DNA of 64,000 nucleotides from a virus. Within the stretch, counting starts at the first letter, position 1; the number at the start of each line of letters is the position of its first letter. The translations under genes were made by a program, and so were the position numbers. The stretch spans positions 32,001-96,000 of the IMG/VR virus record IMGVR_UViG_3300021963_005267; one strand, written 5' to 3'. The notes below the pieces were generated by a model. That model was given only the letters and a program-made list of their open reading frames with translations, searched no databases and was not told the DNA's origin. Shown here in pieces: positions 1-10,507 of the stretch.

Positions 1-1
1 T

Positions 2-3000
2 GTGATAGAAACAGGATTGGCCTATACCACTAATCAAACCATAAAAGTAAGCTACAATCCCAGCAATTATATGACTATGAATATCGTCAGCTATAATGAT
101 ATTACCGGAGGTATTGAAGCTACAGTTTACAACAGTACAGGCACAGGCACTTATACAAGTTGGGTAGTAAATTTAGAAGGGGCAGTAGGAGAAGTAGGAT
201 ATACAGGCAGTCAAGGTTATACTGGCAGCTCAGGTGCGTATGCTGCTGTGGGATACACAGGTAGTCAAGGTGTAGGATATACAGGCAGTCAAGGCAATAC
301 TGGGTTTGTAGGTAGTCAAGGTCCAGCCGGGGGTTATACTGGCAGCGCAGGCTTTACTGGTAGTCAAGGATACACAGGCAGCGGATCATCTGTAGCTGGT
401 TCTAATACACAAATACAGTACAACAACAATGGGGTACTTGGCGGCAGTGCTAACTTAACTTGGAACCAGACTACGACTACGTTAACTGTAACAGGAAATA
501 TTTACGCACCAAGTGAAGCTAATGCATCTTATCCGGGTGCATATAGAGCTGGATTTTTTGGCAGTGATGGATTTCTAGAAAGCAATTTTAGTGCAGGTAA
601 TGGACAAAATGTTTACATAGCACAGGGTTTAACTTCAGGTCCAGGTGTACCAGCTACCAGTTTGTATCTTGGTCCAGATATGAATTTAAACCCCGCCAAC
701 AATGCCAATTCCAATATCTATATAGGTGGTGGGAATAACACCTCCCAGATCTATTTGAGAGGTACGTCGTATTTGAATAATACAATGACGTATGGGCCGG
801 CAGTTACCGGTGCGCCAACTGGTTATACTGGTGCTACATATAGAGTTGGTGCTCTTTATTCAGATGGCACATTGCAGTCGTTCTTTAGTGCAGGCAATGG
901 AGTAAATTTTTATCTAGCACAGGGATTAACTGCAGGACCAGGTGTAAATCCTACCAGTTTGTATCTTGGTCCAGATATGAATTTTAATCCTGCTAATAGT
1001 GCCAATGCTAATATCTATATAGGTGGTGGGAATAACAACTCAAATTTATATTTGCGTTCTAATGTATATTTTCCAAATGAAGCTAATGCATCTTATCCGG
1101 GTGCATATAGAGCTGGATTTTTTGGCAGTGATGGATTTATAGAAAGTAACTTTGGTGCAGGTAATGGACAAAATGTTTACATAGCACAGGGATTAACTAC
1201 ATCAACAGGTCCAGCACCTACTAATTTATATCTTGGTCCAGATATGAATTTCAATTCAACTGGTAATGCCAATGCCAATATCTATATAGGTGGTGCTAAC
1301 AACAACTCTTTGATTTATTTGAGAGGTGTACCATATTTCCCAAATGAAGCCAATCCCGCATATCCGGGTGCATACAGAGCTGGGTTTTTTGACAGTGCTG
1401 GTGGTTTTGAAAGTAATTTTAGTGCAGGTAATGGACAAAATGTTTACATAGCACAGGGATTAACTGCAGGACCAGGTGTACCAGCTACCAGTTTGTATCT
1501 TGGTCCAGATATGAATTTAAACCCCGCCAACAGTGCCAATGCCAATATCTATATAGGTGGTGCTAACAACACCTCTCAGATCTATCTACGTGGGAGTAGC
1601 TACCTACAAAATACTTTGACCTATGCACCGGCTGCTACCAGTGTTTCAACTGGTTATACTGGTACTACATATAGAGTTGGTGCTCTTTATTCAGATGGCA
1701 CATTGCAGTCGTTCTTTAGTGCAGGCAATGGAGTAAATTTTTATCTAGCACAGGGATTAACTGCGGGCCCAGGTGTAAATCCTACCAATTTGTATCTTGG
1801 TCCGGATATGAATGTAAACCCCAACAACGGCGCTAGTGCCAATATCTATATAGGTGGTGCTAACAACAACTCTTTGATCTATCTACGTGGGATACCATAT
1901 TTCCCAACTGAAGCAGCACCTACATATCCAGGTGCATATAGAGCTGGGTTTTTTGACAGTGCTGGTGGTTTTGAAAGTAATCTTGGTCCAGCAAATGGAC
2001 TAAATGTTTACATAGCACAGGGATTAACTGCAGGACCAGGTGTACCAGCTACCAGTTTGTATCTTGGTCCAGATATGAATTTTAATCCCAACAACGGCGC
2101 CAATTCCGTTATCTATATAGGTGGTGCTAACAACAACTCTTTGATTTATTTGAGAGGTGTACCATATTTCCCAACTGAAGCAGCACCTACATATCCGGGT
2201 GCATACAGAGCTGGGTTTTTTGACAGTACTGGTGGTTTTGAAAGTAATTTTAGTGCAGTAAATGGACAAAATATTTACATAGCACAGGGTTACACCGCAG
2301 GTCCAGGTGTACCAGCTACCAATTTGTTGATTGGTCCGGATATGAATATGAGTCCCGTAAACAACGCCAATTCCGTTATCTATATAGGTGGTGCTAACAA
2401 CAACTCTTTGATCTATCTACGTGGGATACCATATTTCCCAAATGAAGCCAATCCCGCATATCCAGGTGCATATAGAGCTGGGTTTTTTGACAGTACTGGT
2501 GGTTTTGAAAGTAATTTTAGTGCAGCAAATGGACAAAATGTTTACATAGCACAGGGGTTGACTGCAGGTCCAGGTGTACCAGCTACCAATTTGTATCTTG
2601 GTCCGGATATGAATATGAGTCCCGTAAACAACGCCAATGCCAATATCTATATAGGTGGTGCTAACAACACCTCTCAGATCTATTTGAGAGGTAATTCTTT
2701 AGTAGCACCTTTATCTGGTGTAGGTAACAGAGCTGTGTACAGTAATGCTAGCGGATCTTTAACTAATTCATCTTCTGACATTACTCACAAAACCAATATC
2801 AGAGCTTTACCTTATGGATTAGATGAAATATTACAATTAATACCTGTAATTTTTAATTGGGTAAATCAAACTAAGTATGGATCACAGGAAGAACTTGGTC
2901 TTATTGCCAATCATGTTGAACAAATTATTCCAGAATTAGTATCTACTAACAATGATGGATCGAAATCTTTAGATTATCCAAAACTAGTTGCACCTATAAT

Positions 3001-3052
3001 TAAAGCCATACACCAGCTTGCAGAAAAAATCAATGTATTAGAAAATAAATAA
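2..3052 (+). CDS. Long tail fibre (5' end outside window): GYTGS collagen-like repeats, eight 89/99-aa repeats, C-terminal intramolecular chaperone (Peptidase_S74-like)
   Basis: C-terminus SSSDITHKTNI...GLIANHVEQIIPELV...SLDYPKLVAPIIKAIHQL matches the S74 autocleaving chaperone pattern (Ser with Lys at +5); Gly/Asn/Thr-rich repetitive body. Confidence 0.85.
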   Translation: MIETGLAYTTNQTIKVSYNPSNYMTMNIVSYNDITGGIEATVYNSTGTGTYTSWVVNLEGAVGEVGYTGSQGYTGSSGAYAAVGYTGSQGVGYTGSQGNTGFVGSQGPAGGYTGSAGFTGSQGYTGSGSSVAGSNTQIQYNNNGVLGGSANLTWNQTTTTLTVTGNIYAPSEANASYPGAYRAGFFGSDGFLESNFSAGNGQNVYIAQGLTSGPGVPATSLYLGPDMNLNPANNANSNIYIGGGNNTSQIYLRGTSYLNNTMTYGPAVTGAPTGYTGATYRVGALYSDGTLQSFFSAGNGVNFYLAQGLTAGPGVNPTSLYLGPDMNFNPANSANANIYIGGGNNNSNLYLRSNVYFPNEANASYPGAYRAGFFGSDGFIESNFGAGNGQNVYIAQGLTTSTGPAPTNLYLGPDMNFNSTGNANANIYIGGANNNSLIYLRGVPYFPNEANPAYPGAYRAGFFDSAGGFESNFSAGNGQNVYIAQGLTAGPGVPATSLYLGPDMNLNPANSANANIYIGGANNTSQIYLRGSSYLQNTLTYAPAATSVSTGYTGTTYRVGALYSDGTLQSFFSAGNGVNFYLAQGLTAGPGVNPTNLYLGPDMNVNPNNGASANIYIGGANNNSLIYLRGIPYFPTEAAPTYPGAYRAGFFDSAGGFESNLGPANGLNVYIAQGLTAGPGVPATSLYLGPDMNFNPNNGANSVIYIGGANNNSLIYLRGVPYFPTEAAPTYPGAYRAGFFDSTGGFESNFSAVNGQNIYIAQGYTAGPGVPATNLLIGPDMNMSPVNNANSVIYIGGANNNSLIYLRGIPYFPNEANPAYPGAYRAGFFDSTGGFESNFSAANGQNVYIAQGLTAGPGVPATNLYLGPDMNMSPVNNANANIYIGGANNTSQIYLRGNSLVAPLSGVGNRAVYSNASGSLTNSSSDITHKTNIRALPYGLDEILQLIPVIFNWVNQTKYGSQEELGLIANHVEQIIPELVSTNNDGSKSLDYPKLVAPIIKAIHQLAEKINVLENK
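197..385 (+). repeat. GYTGS(QG) collagen-like Gly-rich peptide repeats
   Basis: Repeated GYTGSQG/GFTGSQG/GFVGSQG in translation. Confidence 0.85.
515..2692 (+). repeat. Eight tandem intragenic repeats of 267/297 nt (89/99 aa)
   Basis: GPDMN codons start at 671, 968, 1235, 1502, 1799, 2066, 2333 and 2600 (spacings 297, 267, 267, 297, 267, 267, 267); long near-identical DNA stretches. Confidence 0.95.
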
Positions 3053-3065
3053 ATTTGGAGATTAT

Positions 3066-3404
3066 ATGACTATTAATTTTGAAACTTCAAACATAACGCC
3101 TACTGTGTTATCTGAATACCGAGGTAATCAAAATGTACTCAAAGAGATAACTTACTGTTTACTTGCTACCAATACAGAAAGTGGTGCGCAGGCATATGTG
3201 ACTAGAGTGCATACCTTAGACATTGATAGAGAATACACTGCTGAAAATCCTTTTATTCCATTTGAAAATTTTACTGCTGAACAAATAAATTCAATAATTC
3301 AAGAAGCTATTCATACCTGCAGTTGGGATAAATTTTTGGAAAAAAAACTTCAAACGATTGCTGCTGAATCTAACAACATTAAAACTTTTTCATTTCAAGA
3401 TTAA
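3066..3404 (+). CDS. Hypothetical protein, likely tail-fibre associated
   Basis: GGAG SD; directly follows the fibre gene; FIPFENFT motif common in small fibre-adjacent phage proteins. Confidence 0.55.
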   Translation: MTINFETSNITPTVLSEYRGNQNVLKEITYCLLATNTESGAQAYVTRVHTLDIDREYTAENPFIPFENFTAEQINSIIQEAIHTCSWDKFLEKKLQTIAAESNNIKTFSFQD

Positions 3405-3451
3405 AAATCATATGTTGATCTCCTAATAAATATTTTTATCTAGGAGGTAGA

Positions 3452-3655
3452 ATGAATCAACATCAAATGCAAAGCAAATTAACTGCAATGAAACTTCAAC
3501 AAGAAGAGTTGTTAAAAACTCTTGCACAAAAAGACAGAGAAGTACATCAAATTAGAGAAAATGTTCTCAAAATACAAGGTATAATTGATTTTTTAACTTT
3601 AGAGCTAGAACCCGAATCATCTAGTGATCATAAATTAGATATCAATGGCTCTTAA
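3452..3655 (+). CDS. Small coiled-coil protein
   Basis: AGGAGG SD; ATAAATA at 3426; heptad Leu/Ile pattern. Confidence 0.6.
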   Translation: MNQHQMQSKLTAMKLQQEELLKTLAQKDREVHQIRENVLKIQGIIDFLTLELEPESSSDHKLDINGS

Positions 3656-4202
3656 TAATCAGTTATTAAATAACAATTATCTTGTTATTGATAATCTAAT
3701 ATCTGCCGAACAGGCAAATGTCATTTATAAAGATTTCAAAAAATTCTGTGATCTTGCTTTATTTGGAAATTTCGGAGATTCTCAAGCTCCGAAAAGTCCA
3801 TATGTATACAATTATCATCCATTCTTAGAAATTTTAATTGACAAAATACCAGTAGTAAAAGAATATTCTAATGAATCAGTTTTTCCAACTTACACATATG
3901 GAAGAATTTATAAACATAATGAAGAACTCAAAATTCATACAGATAGAGAGGCTTGCGAAATTAGTATAAGTCTGCATCTATGGGGCGATAAAGAATGGCC
4001 TTTCTGTATCAGGACCAGTCAAGGTGAAACTAAAGAAATATTTCTCAATCCTGGGCAGGCAGTTTTGTATCTAGGATGTGCTGCAGAACATTGGAGACCA
4101 AAATTTTACGGTTACAATTATGGTCAAGTATTTTTACATTATGTAAGATCTAACGGACCAAACGCCTGGGCCTATTTTGATAAAATTAAAAAACCTCAAT
4201 GA
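3645..4202 (+). CDS. 2OG-Fe(II) oxygenase
   Basis: HTDREACEISIS (HxD) ... AEHWR ... QVFLHYV. Confidence 0.8.
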   Translation: MALNNQLLNNNYLVIDNLISAEQANVIYKDFKKFCDLALFGNFGDSQAPKSPYVYNYHPFLEILIDKIPVVKEYSNESVFPTYTYGRIYKHNEELKIHTDREACEISISLHLWGDKEWPFCIRTSQGETKEIFLNPGQAVLYLGCAAEHWRPKFYGYNYGQVFLHYVRSNGPNAWAYFDKIKKPQ

Positions 4203-4759
4203 AAGAATTATCCGATTATATTAAAGTTTTTGACAATATAGTTCCGTTAGATGTTTGCGACAATATTGTTTCAAGTTTAAAAGACAGTCCATTGTGGACT
4301 CCAGCAGTTATTGGAAAACGCGGTCTAACAGATAAGTCAATTAGAAATCTTGATATAATTTCTATGTCTAACAAATCTATTAAAGACCAATCCAAATTTA
4401 TTAGAGAGATTGATGACAAATTTGTAGTATACAGTTTAAAAGCTATTAAACGCTATAAACAAGAATTTGATAAAGTAATGATCAATAACGACACCGGTTA
4501 TGATCTATTAAGATATAATGAAGGATCTTTTTATACTACTCACACTGATAGTTTTTTAGAAAGACCAAGAACAGTAAGTTGTAGTTTTGCTCTCAATGAA
4601 GATTTTGAAGGGGGAGAGTTTGCATTTTTTGATCGAGAACTTACTTTTAAACTAAAAAAAGGATCTGTAATAATGTTTCCAAGTAATTTTATGTTTCCGC
4701 ACGAAATTTGTAAAGTAATTTCAGGAACACGTTATTCAATTATAACCTGGTATGTTTAA
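4199..4759 (+). CDS. 2OG-Fe(II) oxygenase, prolyl-4-hydroxylase-like
   Basis: YTTHTD, LNEDFEGGEF, FPSNFMFPHEI, GTRYSIITW. Confidence 0.9.
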   Translation: MKELSDYIKVFDNIVPLDVCDNIVSSLKDSPLWTPAVIGKRGLTDKSIRNLDIISMSNKSIKDQSKFIREIDDKFVVYSLKAIKRYKQEFDKVMINNDTGYDLLRYNEGSFYTTHTDSFLERPRTVSCSFALNEDFEGGEFAFFDRELTFKLKKGSVIMFPSNFMFPHEICKVISGTRYSIITWYV

Positions 4760-4764
4760 AAAAT

Positions 4765-7700
4765 ATGAAACTGGCAATAATAGATATAATTGGTATTCCT
4801 TATGATGGAAATACAGTATTCAAACAAGGTCTAGGTGGTTCAGAAAGTGCTGTAACCTATATCAGCAAGGACCTTGCTAAATTAAATTTTGATGTTACAG
4901 TGTTTAATAACTGTGATCTAGATCACGCTCGTCCAGGAGTATATGATTCAGTTACCTATCGTCCGTTATCTGACCTATCTCAAGATCACGATTTTGACAT
5001 AGTGATCAGCAGCAGAACTGTGATACCTTTTCTCACAGACACACAGTTTCAACAGGTAGGTGACATTAGAGCACTGCCATTTGCTGATAAACTAATTTAC
5101 CAACGCATTCTCAGCAGAGCCAAGCAGCGTATCTTATGGATGCACGACACATTTTGTCTCGGCGACAATCTCATCGAAGATCTAGTTACCTCGGATAAAA
5201 TTACCACTGTATTCACCCTCAGTGATTGGCATTTGACCTATGTGTTGAATTGCCATCACGGACGTAGGCGTAACTTTGAAGTGTTGAAACACAAAACATT
5301 CATCACACGCAATGGTGCATACCTACATAAACAAGAAGTAGACATAAAAGCCAAAGATCCCAACAGATTTGTCTATAACGCTTCAGTTACCAAAGGTATG
5401 ATTCCTTTGGTCAAAGAAATTTGGCCCAGAGTCAAACAACAGCTGCCTCAAGCCAAACTCACTGTGATTGGTGGCTACTATAGATTCACAGTCAACGGAC
5501 AGCCAGATCAACAGGAACAAGACTGGCGTCAAATGGCCAATGATCCTGCAAATCTACAATTGGATATAGAATTCACTGGTGTTATTCCTCAAAGCGAAAT
5601 AGCTGATAGATTGGCCGGTGCTAACTTTATGATTTATCCTGCTGCTTTCCCAGAAACATTTGGCATCAGCACACTAGAAAGCATCTGTTACAACACTCCA
5701 GTTATAACCTGTAGATTTGGAGCCTTAGAAGAAGTGGCTCTGTCAGGTGCCTGTTATCTGTTAGACTATGCCATAGAGCCAAATGTTCTGTTTCAAGACA
5801 TCAACACACAGCAGCAGATTCAAAAGTTTGTAGAGCTCACTGTCAATGCCTATCACAACACCTATCTACATCAACAGAAACAGTACTATGCCAACATAGT
5901 TAAACCTATAGCCGGGTGGGACACAGTGGCTCTGCAATGGAAACAGTTTTTCTATAAAAACTGCGGGCTTTATCTCAGTCTAGAAGAATATCGAAGAGTC
6001 TCTAAGATAAATCGCAGAGTTCATAAGATCTACAATAGACGATATCACAACGTTGTGGAATTAGAAAATTACAAATCCAACAGTGAACAAAAGATCAACA
6101 TAGTCAGCACATTCTACAACAATCAAAATTATATTGCAAGGTGTATTGAAAGTGTAGCTAGCCAAGACTATGACAATTATCATCACTATCTAATCGATGA
6201 CGCCAGCACAGATAGCACAGTGTCTGCGGTCAAACAGTGTCTAGAACAACTACCACAACATCTACAGAATAAATTTACTCTAATTGTCAACGATCAAAAT
6301 CAGGGTGCTGTGCGCAATCAAGTAGATTTATTTAGAACTCTAGAAACTGACAGTATCATAATGATTCTAGACGGCGATGACAGTCTGGTTAATGACAATA
6401 CTGTGTTATCCTACTACAATACTCTGTATCAGGATGATCTAGAATTTACCTATGGTAGTTCTTGGAGTATGGTTGATAACATTCCTCTAATCAGTCAGCC
6501 CTATCCAGAACAAGTAAAACAAAATAAGAGTTATAGACAGCATCATTTTAATTGGATACTGCCTTATACTCATCTGCGTACATTTAAAAAATATCTTATA
6601 GATGCCTGTACCGATGATCAATTCCAAGACAGTCAGGGAAAATGGTATCGTGCAGGAGGTGATGGCTCTGTGTTTTATGCACTGATAGAACAGGCTGAAC
6701 CCAACAAGATACTCTGTATACAAGACATAGTTTATAATTACAACGACACTAATCCATTAAATGACTACAAGGTAAACGCAGATGAACAAAATCGTTCAGC
6801 AAAAGAAATTATAGGAAAAACACAGATGCCAAAAAAAAAGATATTGATAGCCATACCCACAGCCAAGAATATAGAACCGGATACATTCAAGAGCATCTAC
6901 GATCAGATCATACCAGAGGGTTTCGAAACCACATTTCAATTCTTTTATGGATATAGAATAGACCAGGTACGAAATCTCATTGCTGATTGGACTATTAAAG
7001 GATTTGATTATCTTTGGGCCGTAGACTATGACATGTCGTTCCCTCCCGATACCCTAGCAAAATTATTAAGTTACGATAAAGATGTTGTTACTGCTTTATA
7101 CAGACAGCGTAAACAAGAACAGATTTTAGAAGTATACGAATCAACTGACTGGGGCGGAGTCACACATATACCGTATCATAAAATACAAAATCAGGGATTA
7201 ACAGAAGTTGCTGCTTGTGGATTTGGATGTGTATTAATTAAATCTGATGTGTTTAAAGTTGTAGGGTACCCTCAATTTGAATATCATGTTGCTCTTGACC
7301 ATGCTAATACTGTTAGCGAAGATGTTGATTTTTGTCGAAAAGTTAAAAATCGAGGATTTAGTATCTGGGCAGATACTACAATTTTATGCAGACACATAGG
7401 TCAATTTTATTTTGACATTGTATCAGAAACAACGCCGGCTACTAAAATTATAGACTATACCTCTAGACTTAGAGAATTGGGTAGTCAGCGACTTATTCCT
7501 TCTCAACACGTAGAATTTTTACAATCGCTATCTATAGAACCTAAGGTAATATACGACATAGGCGCCTGTGTATTGCACTGGACTAATGAAGCCAAACGAA
7601 TATGGCCATCTGCTGAATATGTAGTGTTTGAAGCTATGCCAGAATGTGAATTTTTATATAAAGAAAATAATTTATTATATCATGTTGGAGTGTTAAGCAA

Positions 7701-8109
7701 CAGCACAGGAAAAGAAATAGAGTTTTATCAAAATACATATCATCCAGGCGGCAATAGTTATTATCGTGAAAATGTAGAAATTAATCCTGAAGCTAATGAT
7801 TATTTTAACGAAAATCATCGTAGAACATATACAACTGTAACACTAGATGCTGTGGTTAATCTTAAAAAAATGCCTTTGCCTGATCTAATTAAAATGGATG
7901 TTCAAGGAGCAGAATTAGATGTATTAATGGGTGCTCAGGAAACTCTAGCTCAATGCAATCATGTTATTTTAGAGTGTCAAAGCGTAGAATATAATAAAGG
8001 AGCTCCTTTAAAAGAAGAAGTAATAGCATTTATGCAGGGTTTGGGTTTTAAAAACAATGGTCTATTTTGTTCTAACGGTCCAGATGGAGATTACTATTTT
8101 ACCAGATAA
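4765..8109 (+). CDS. Multidomain glycosyltransferase (GT4 + GT2 + GT2-like) with C-terminal FkbM-family methyltransferase
   Basis: GLGGSE and FPETFGISTLES (GT-B); IDDASTD and LDGDD (GT-A); VDYDM, GFGCVLIK, SEDVDFC; IYDIGA and LIKMDVQGAELDVL (FkbM). Confidence 0.85.
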   Translation: MKLAIIDIIGIPYDGNTVFKQGLGGSESAVTYISKDLAKLNFDVTVFNNCDLDHARPGVYDSVTYRPLSDLSQDHDFDIVISSRTVIPFLTDTQFQQVGDIRALPFADKLIYQRILSRAKQRILWMHDTFCLGDNLIEDLVTSDKITTVFTLSDWHLTYVLNCHHGRRRNFEVLKHKTFITRNGAYLHKQEVDIKAKDPNRFVYNASVTKGMIPLVKEIWPRVKQQLPQAKLTVIGGYYRFTVNGQPDQQEQDWRQMANDPANLQLDIEFTGVIPQSEIADRLAGANFMIYPAAFPETFGISTLESICYNTPVITCRFGALEEVALSGACYLLDYAIEPNVLFQDINTQQQIQKFVELTVNAYHNTYLHQQKQYYANIVKPIAGWDTVALQWKQFFYKNCGLYLSLEEYRRVSKINRRVHKIYNRRYHNVVELENYKSNSEQKINIVSTFYNNQNYIARCIESVASQDYDNYHHYLIDDASTDSTVSAVKQCLEQLPQHLQNKFTLIVNDQNQGAVRNQVDLFRTLETDSIIMILDGDDSLVNDNTVLSYYNTLYQDDLEFTYGSSWSMVDNIPLISQPYPEQVKQNKSYRQHHFNWILPYTHLRTFKKYLIDACTDDQFQDSQGKWYRAGGDGSVFYALIEQAEPNKILCIQDIVYNYNDTNPLNDYKVNADEQNRSAKEIIGKTQMPKKKILIAIPTAKNIEPDTFKSIYDQIIPEGFETTFQFFYGYRIDQVRNLIADWTIKGFDYLWAVDYDMSFPPDTLAKLLSYDKDVVTALYRQRKQEQILEVYESTDWGGVTHIPYHKIQNQGLTEVAACGFGCVLIKSDVFKVVGYPQFEYHVALDHANTVSEDVDFCRKVKNRGFSIWADTTILCRHIGQFYFDIVSETTPATKIIDYTSRLRELGSQRLIPSQHVEFLQSLSIEPKVIYDIGACVLHWTNEAKRIWPSAEYVVFEAMPECEFLYKENNLLYHVGVLSNSTGKEIEFYQNTYHPGGNSYYRENVEINPEANDYFNENHRRTYTTVTLDAVVNLKKMPLPDLIKMDVQGAELDVLMGAQETLAQCNHVILECQSVEYNKGAPLKEEVIAFMQGLGFKNNGLFCSNGPDGDYYFTR

Positions 8110-8198
8110 ATATCAAAAAGATCTTTGTAAATCAAATTATGACCTACAGAAAGTATATAAACATCATCGGCGAGAGTATACTCTAAAGGAGCAAACAA

Positions 8199-8834
8199 AT
8201 GAGCTTCTTAGTAGCAAATCTTCCCCCAATACACTGTTTCGTTCGTAAAGAATTTTTATATGATTTCCAAAAAGGACACGGTGAGTATGAACCTTGCATA
8301 TGGGTTAGTATCAAAAGTCTACGAAGTCAAGCATTTAGGATTGAATCATATTTGCCGCGTTATGGCGCACTTTATGACAAACTACCTTTACATGCGTTTG
8401 TGTCACGCACAGAAGATCTTGAACCAGAAAAGTTTTTACCTCTAGACACATTACAGATTTGGGATTGTTTCAGTTACGATATCGCGATTATACAGAAAGC
8501 TTTCTTGCGTAATCTCAGCTGTAAGTTTTACGCCAAAGACAAACAGATGTACGGCGGCGACTATATGTTTACTGTGGACAATGCCAGTCCAGATCTTAAT
8601 ATAATCGATACCAGTTACAGTGAATGGCCAGAAGATCATAAGAGCTTTAACTTCATACAACTGGACAACGGGCAGTATGCGGCACAGCCTAACAACCGTT
8701 GTTTGTTCTTTGATGCAGCCAGCAATCCTAAGGAAATTCAGTTCCCAGACTTCAAAGTTTGCACTAAGAAATACGTAGTAGAAACTAATCCAAAATGGAG
8801 ACTCGGTGATAGCGATACAGTAACATACGAATAA
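8199..8834 (+). CDS. Conserved hypothetical protein
   Basis: AAGGAG SD; LDNGQYAAQPNNR motif; no function recognised. Confidence 0.7.
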   Translation: MSFLVANLPPIHCFVRKEFLYDFQKGHGEYEPCIWVSIKSLRSQAFRIESYLPRYGALYDKLPLHAFVSRTEDLEPEKFLPLDTLQIWDCFSYDIAIIQKAFLRNLSCKFYAKDKQMYGGDYMFTVDNASPDLNIIDTSYSEWPEDHKSFNFIQLDNGQYAAQPNNRCLFFDAASNPKEIQFPDFKVCTKKYVVETNPKWRLGDSDTVTYE

Positions 8835-8859
8835 ATACAGTTATTATTTTGGAATAACA

Positions 8860-9672
8860 ATGAAAAAACTGCTACTATTATTATCTTTATTCGTATCTAC
8901 TGCATTTGCCTGGGATCAAAGACCCCCGCTTCCAGTAGAAAGCTGCCAAGTTCATAGCCCTTATGGATTTGCCCAAACAGCAAGAGCAGCACAGCCAATC
9001 TGTAGGGAAGCATATCTTGTAGCATACGATCCCCCTGCTAAGATCCCTATGTATGTTGCTTATACATTACTTCCACAAAATGCCTTAGGATGCTTTCCAC
9101 GTACGAACGCATTCGTTGCGGATCAATCAATACAGGGCGGTCCACGTCCAGATGATTACGCAGGCACAGGTTACGACAAAGGACATGCTGCTCCCGATGG
9201 TGATCTTAGCTGGTCACAGATTGTGGAGTATGAAAGTTTCTTGATGACAAATATGTATCCACAACATGGAAGTTTAAATCGTGGAATTTGGAAGCTTCTG
9301 GAAACATCAGTGCGTGGGTGGGCGGTTCAGCAGAACAACGCTTTTACTATCTACGTGGGGGCATACTATGGAGCTGGTAATGAAACTATTGGCAAAGGTG
9401 TTATAGTTCCTCATGGTTTCTACAAGATTGTTATCAACAACAACACAGGTGCAGTAGCAGGTTGGGCTTTCCCTCATACCAAACCTTACGTCAATCTAGG
9501 CAACGACCTAACTAAATTCCGTGTACCGGTTGCACAGATTATGCAACAGGCAGGAGTTAATTTTGCATTTCCTCCTAACGCAAAAGAATTACAACCTGGC
9601 GGCGAATGGCCGGTAGACTACGGTGCATTGACTAATGCCAAACGTGCCAAGTGTGGGAAGAATGCCGAATGA
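8860..9672 (+). CDS. Secreted DNA/RNA non-specific endonuclease (NucA/EndoG family)
   Basis: Signal peptide MKKLLLLLSLFVSTAFA; GYDKGH, NMYPQ..SLNRGIWKLLE, VPHGFYKIV. Confidence 0.9.
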   Translation: MKKLLLLLSLFVSTAFAWDQRPPLPVESCQVHSPYGFAQTARAAQPICREAYLVAYDPPAKIPMYVAYTLLPQNALGCFPRTNAFVADQSIQGGPRPDDYAGTGYDKGHAAPDGDLSWSQIVEYESFLMTNMYPQHGSLNRGIWKLLETSVRGWAVQQNNAFTIYVGAYYGAGNETIGKGVIVPHGFYKIVINNNTGAVAGWAFPHTKPYVNLGNDLTKFRVPVAQIMQQAGVNFAFPPNAKELQPGGEWPVDYGALTNAKRAKCGKNAE

Positions 9673-10505
9673 AATCCTTTAAAGACTATCTAGAAGAAGC
9701 AGATCGTAAACGCCAGGATGCTGAAGACGATCCAGAACGTCCTAAAAAGACCAAAGAAAAAGATGACACTGACTGGAGCGGCCTAGACGATCTGTTTTCT
9801 CCAAAAGCAGATAATCCTCTAGTGCCTCAAGAACCAGAGAGGAATCAAGAACGCCCCGAAGAGCCCGGCGGTGAGGATCCTCGTAGAAGAGCTAGCCAAC
9901 GAGATACACAAAGAGCAGCAGGCAATGTAACTCCTAACGATCGTATGCGTGATCTATTAAGCCGCATGCGTGACATTGAAAATGATCCAGATGATCCAGG
10001 GTATCCAGAACCAGAGAACCCAGATGTGCCTGCTATAAGAGTTGATACACAAAACTTGCCCGCAGTAGCCGGACAAAACTTACAGGCAGCTGGAGTACAG
10101 AATCCAGACTTCCATCAGGTAGCTAACTTACCGGGTAACATGAATCGTGCTATCCGTTCGCTAGGACGTCAGTTATTCCGCTCATTTACAAGAACAGAAA
10201 CAAATGATATTTGGATGATTGGAAACCTAGGTGGTCAAGGTCCTAACAGCACACAAGAAGTTAATGCTGTGGCAAATTGGGTTAGAGAAAACGGAGATGA
10301 TATCGGTACTGGTAATATAGATTTTGATACCAGCATCCCAGGATATTCTGCAGATATTAGACAATACTCTGCGGGCGGTATTAGATGGTTGTTGGTTAAT
10401 GATGAATTTGGAAGATACATTTACAGCTGGCCAGAACAGGACAGTGTGCAGCAGGCAAATGCTCCTGCTCTAGGTAATGATCGTCCTCGCTTACCTAACC
10501 GATAA
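9669..10505 (+). CDS. Hypothetical acidic protein, possible internal head protein
   Basis: ATG 9669 overlaps the previous stop; N-terminus MKSFKDYLEEA resembles T4-type capsid-targeting sequences. Confidence 0.6.
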   Translation: MKSFKDYLEEADRKRQDAEDDPERPKKTKEKDDTDWSGLDDLFSPKADNPLVPQEPERNQERPEEPGGEDPRRRASQRDTQRAAGNVTPNDRMRDLLSRMRDIENDPDDPGYPEPENPDVPAIRVDTQNLPAVAGQNLQAAGVQNPDFHQVANLPGNMNRAIRSLGRQLFRSFTRTETNDIWMIGNLGGQGPNSTQEVNAVANWVRENGDDIGTGNIDFDTSIPGYSADIRQYSAGGIRWLLVNDEFGRYIYSWPEQDSVQQANAPALGNDRPRLPNR

Positions 10506-10507
10506 AT

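Noticed and set aside
515-2692. CRISPR array or DGR template/variable repeats
   Set aside because: Repeats are long, in-frame and coding, with no unique spacers, no evident adenine-specific variation and no reverse transcriptase in the window
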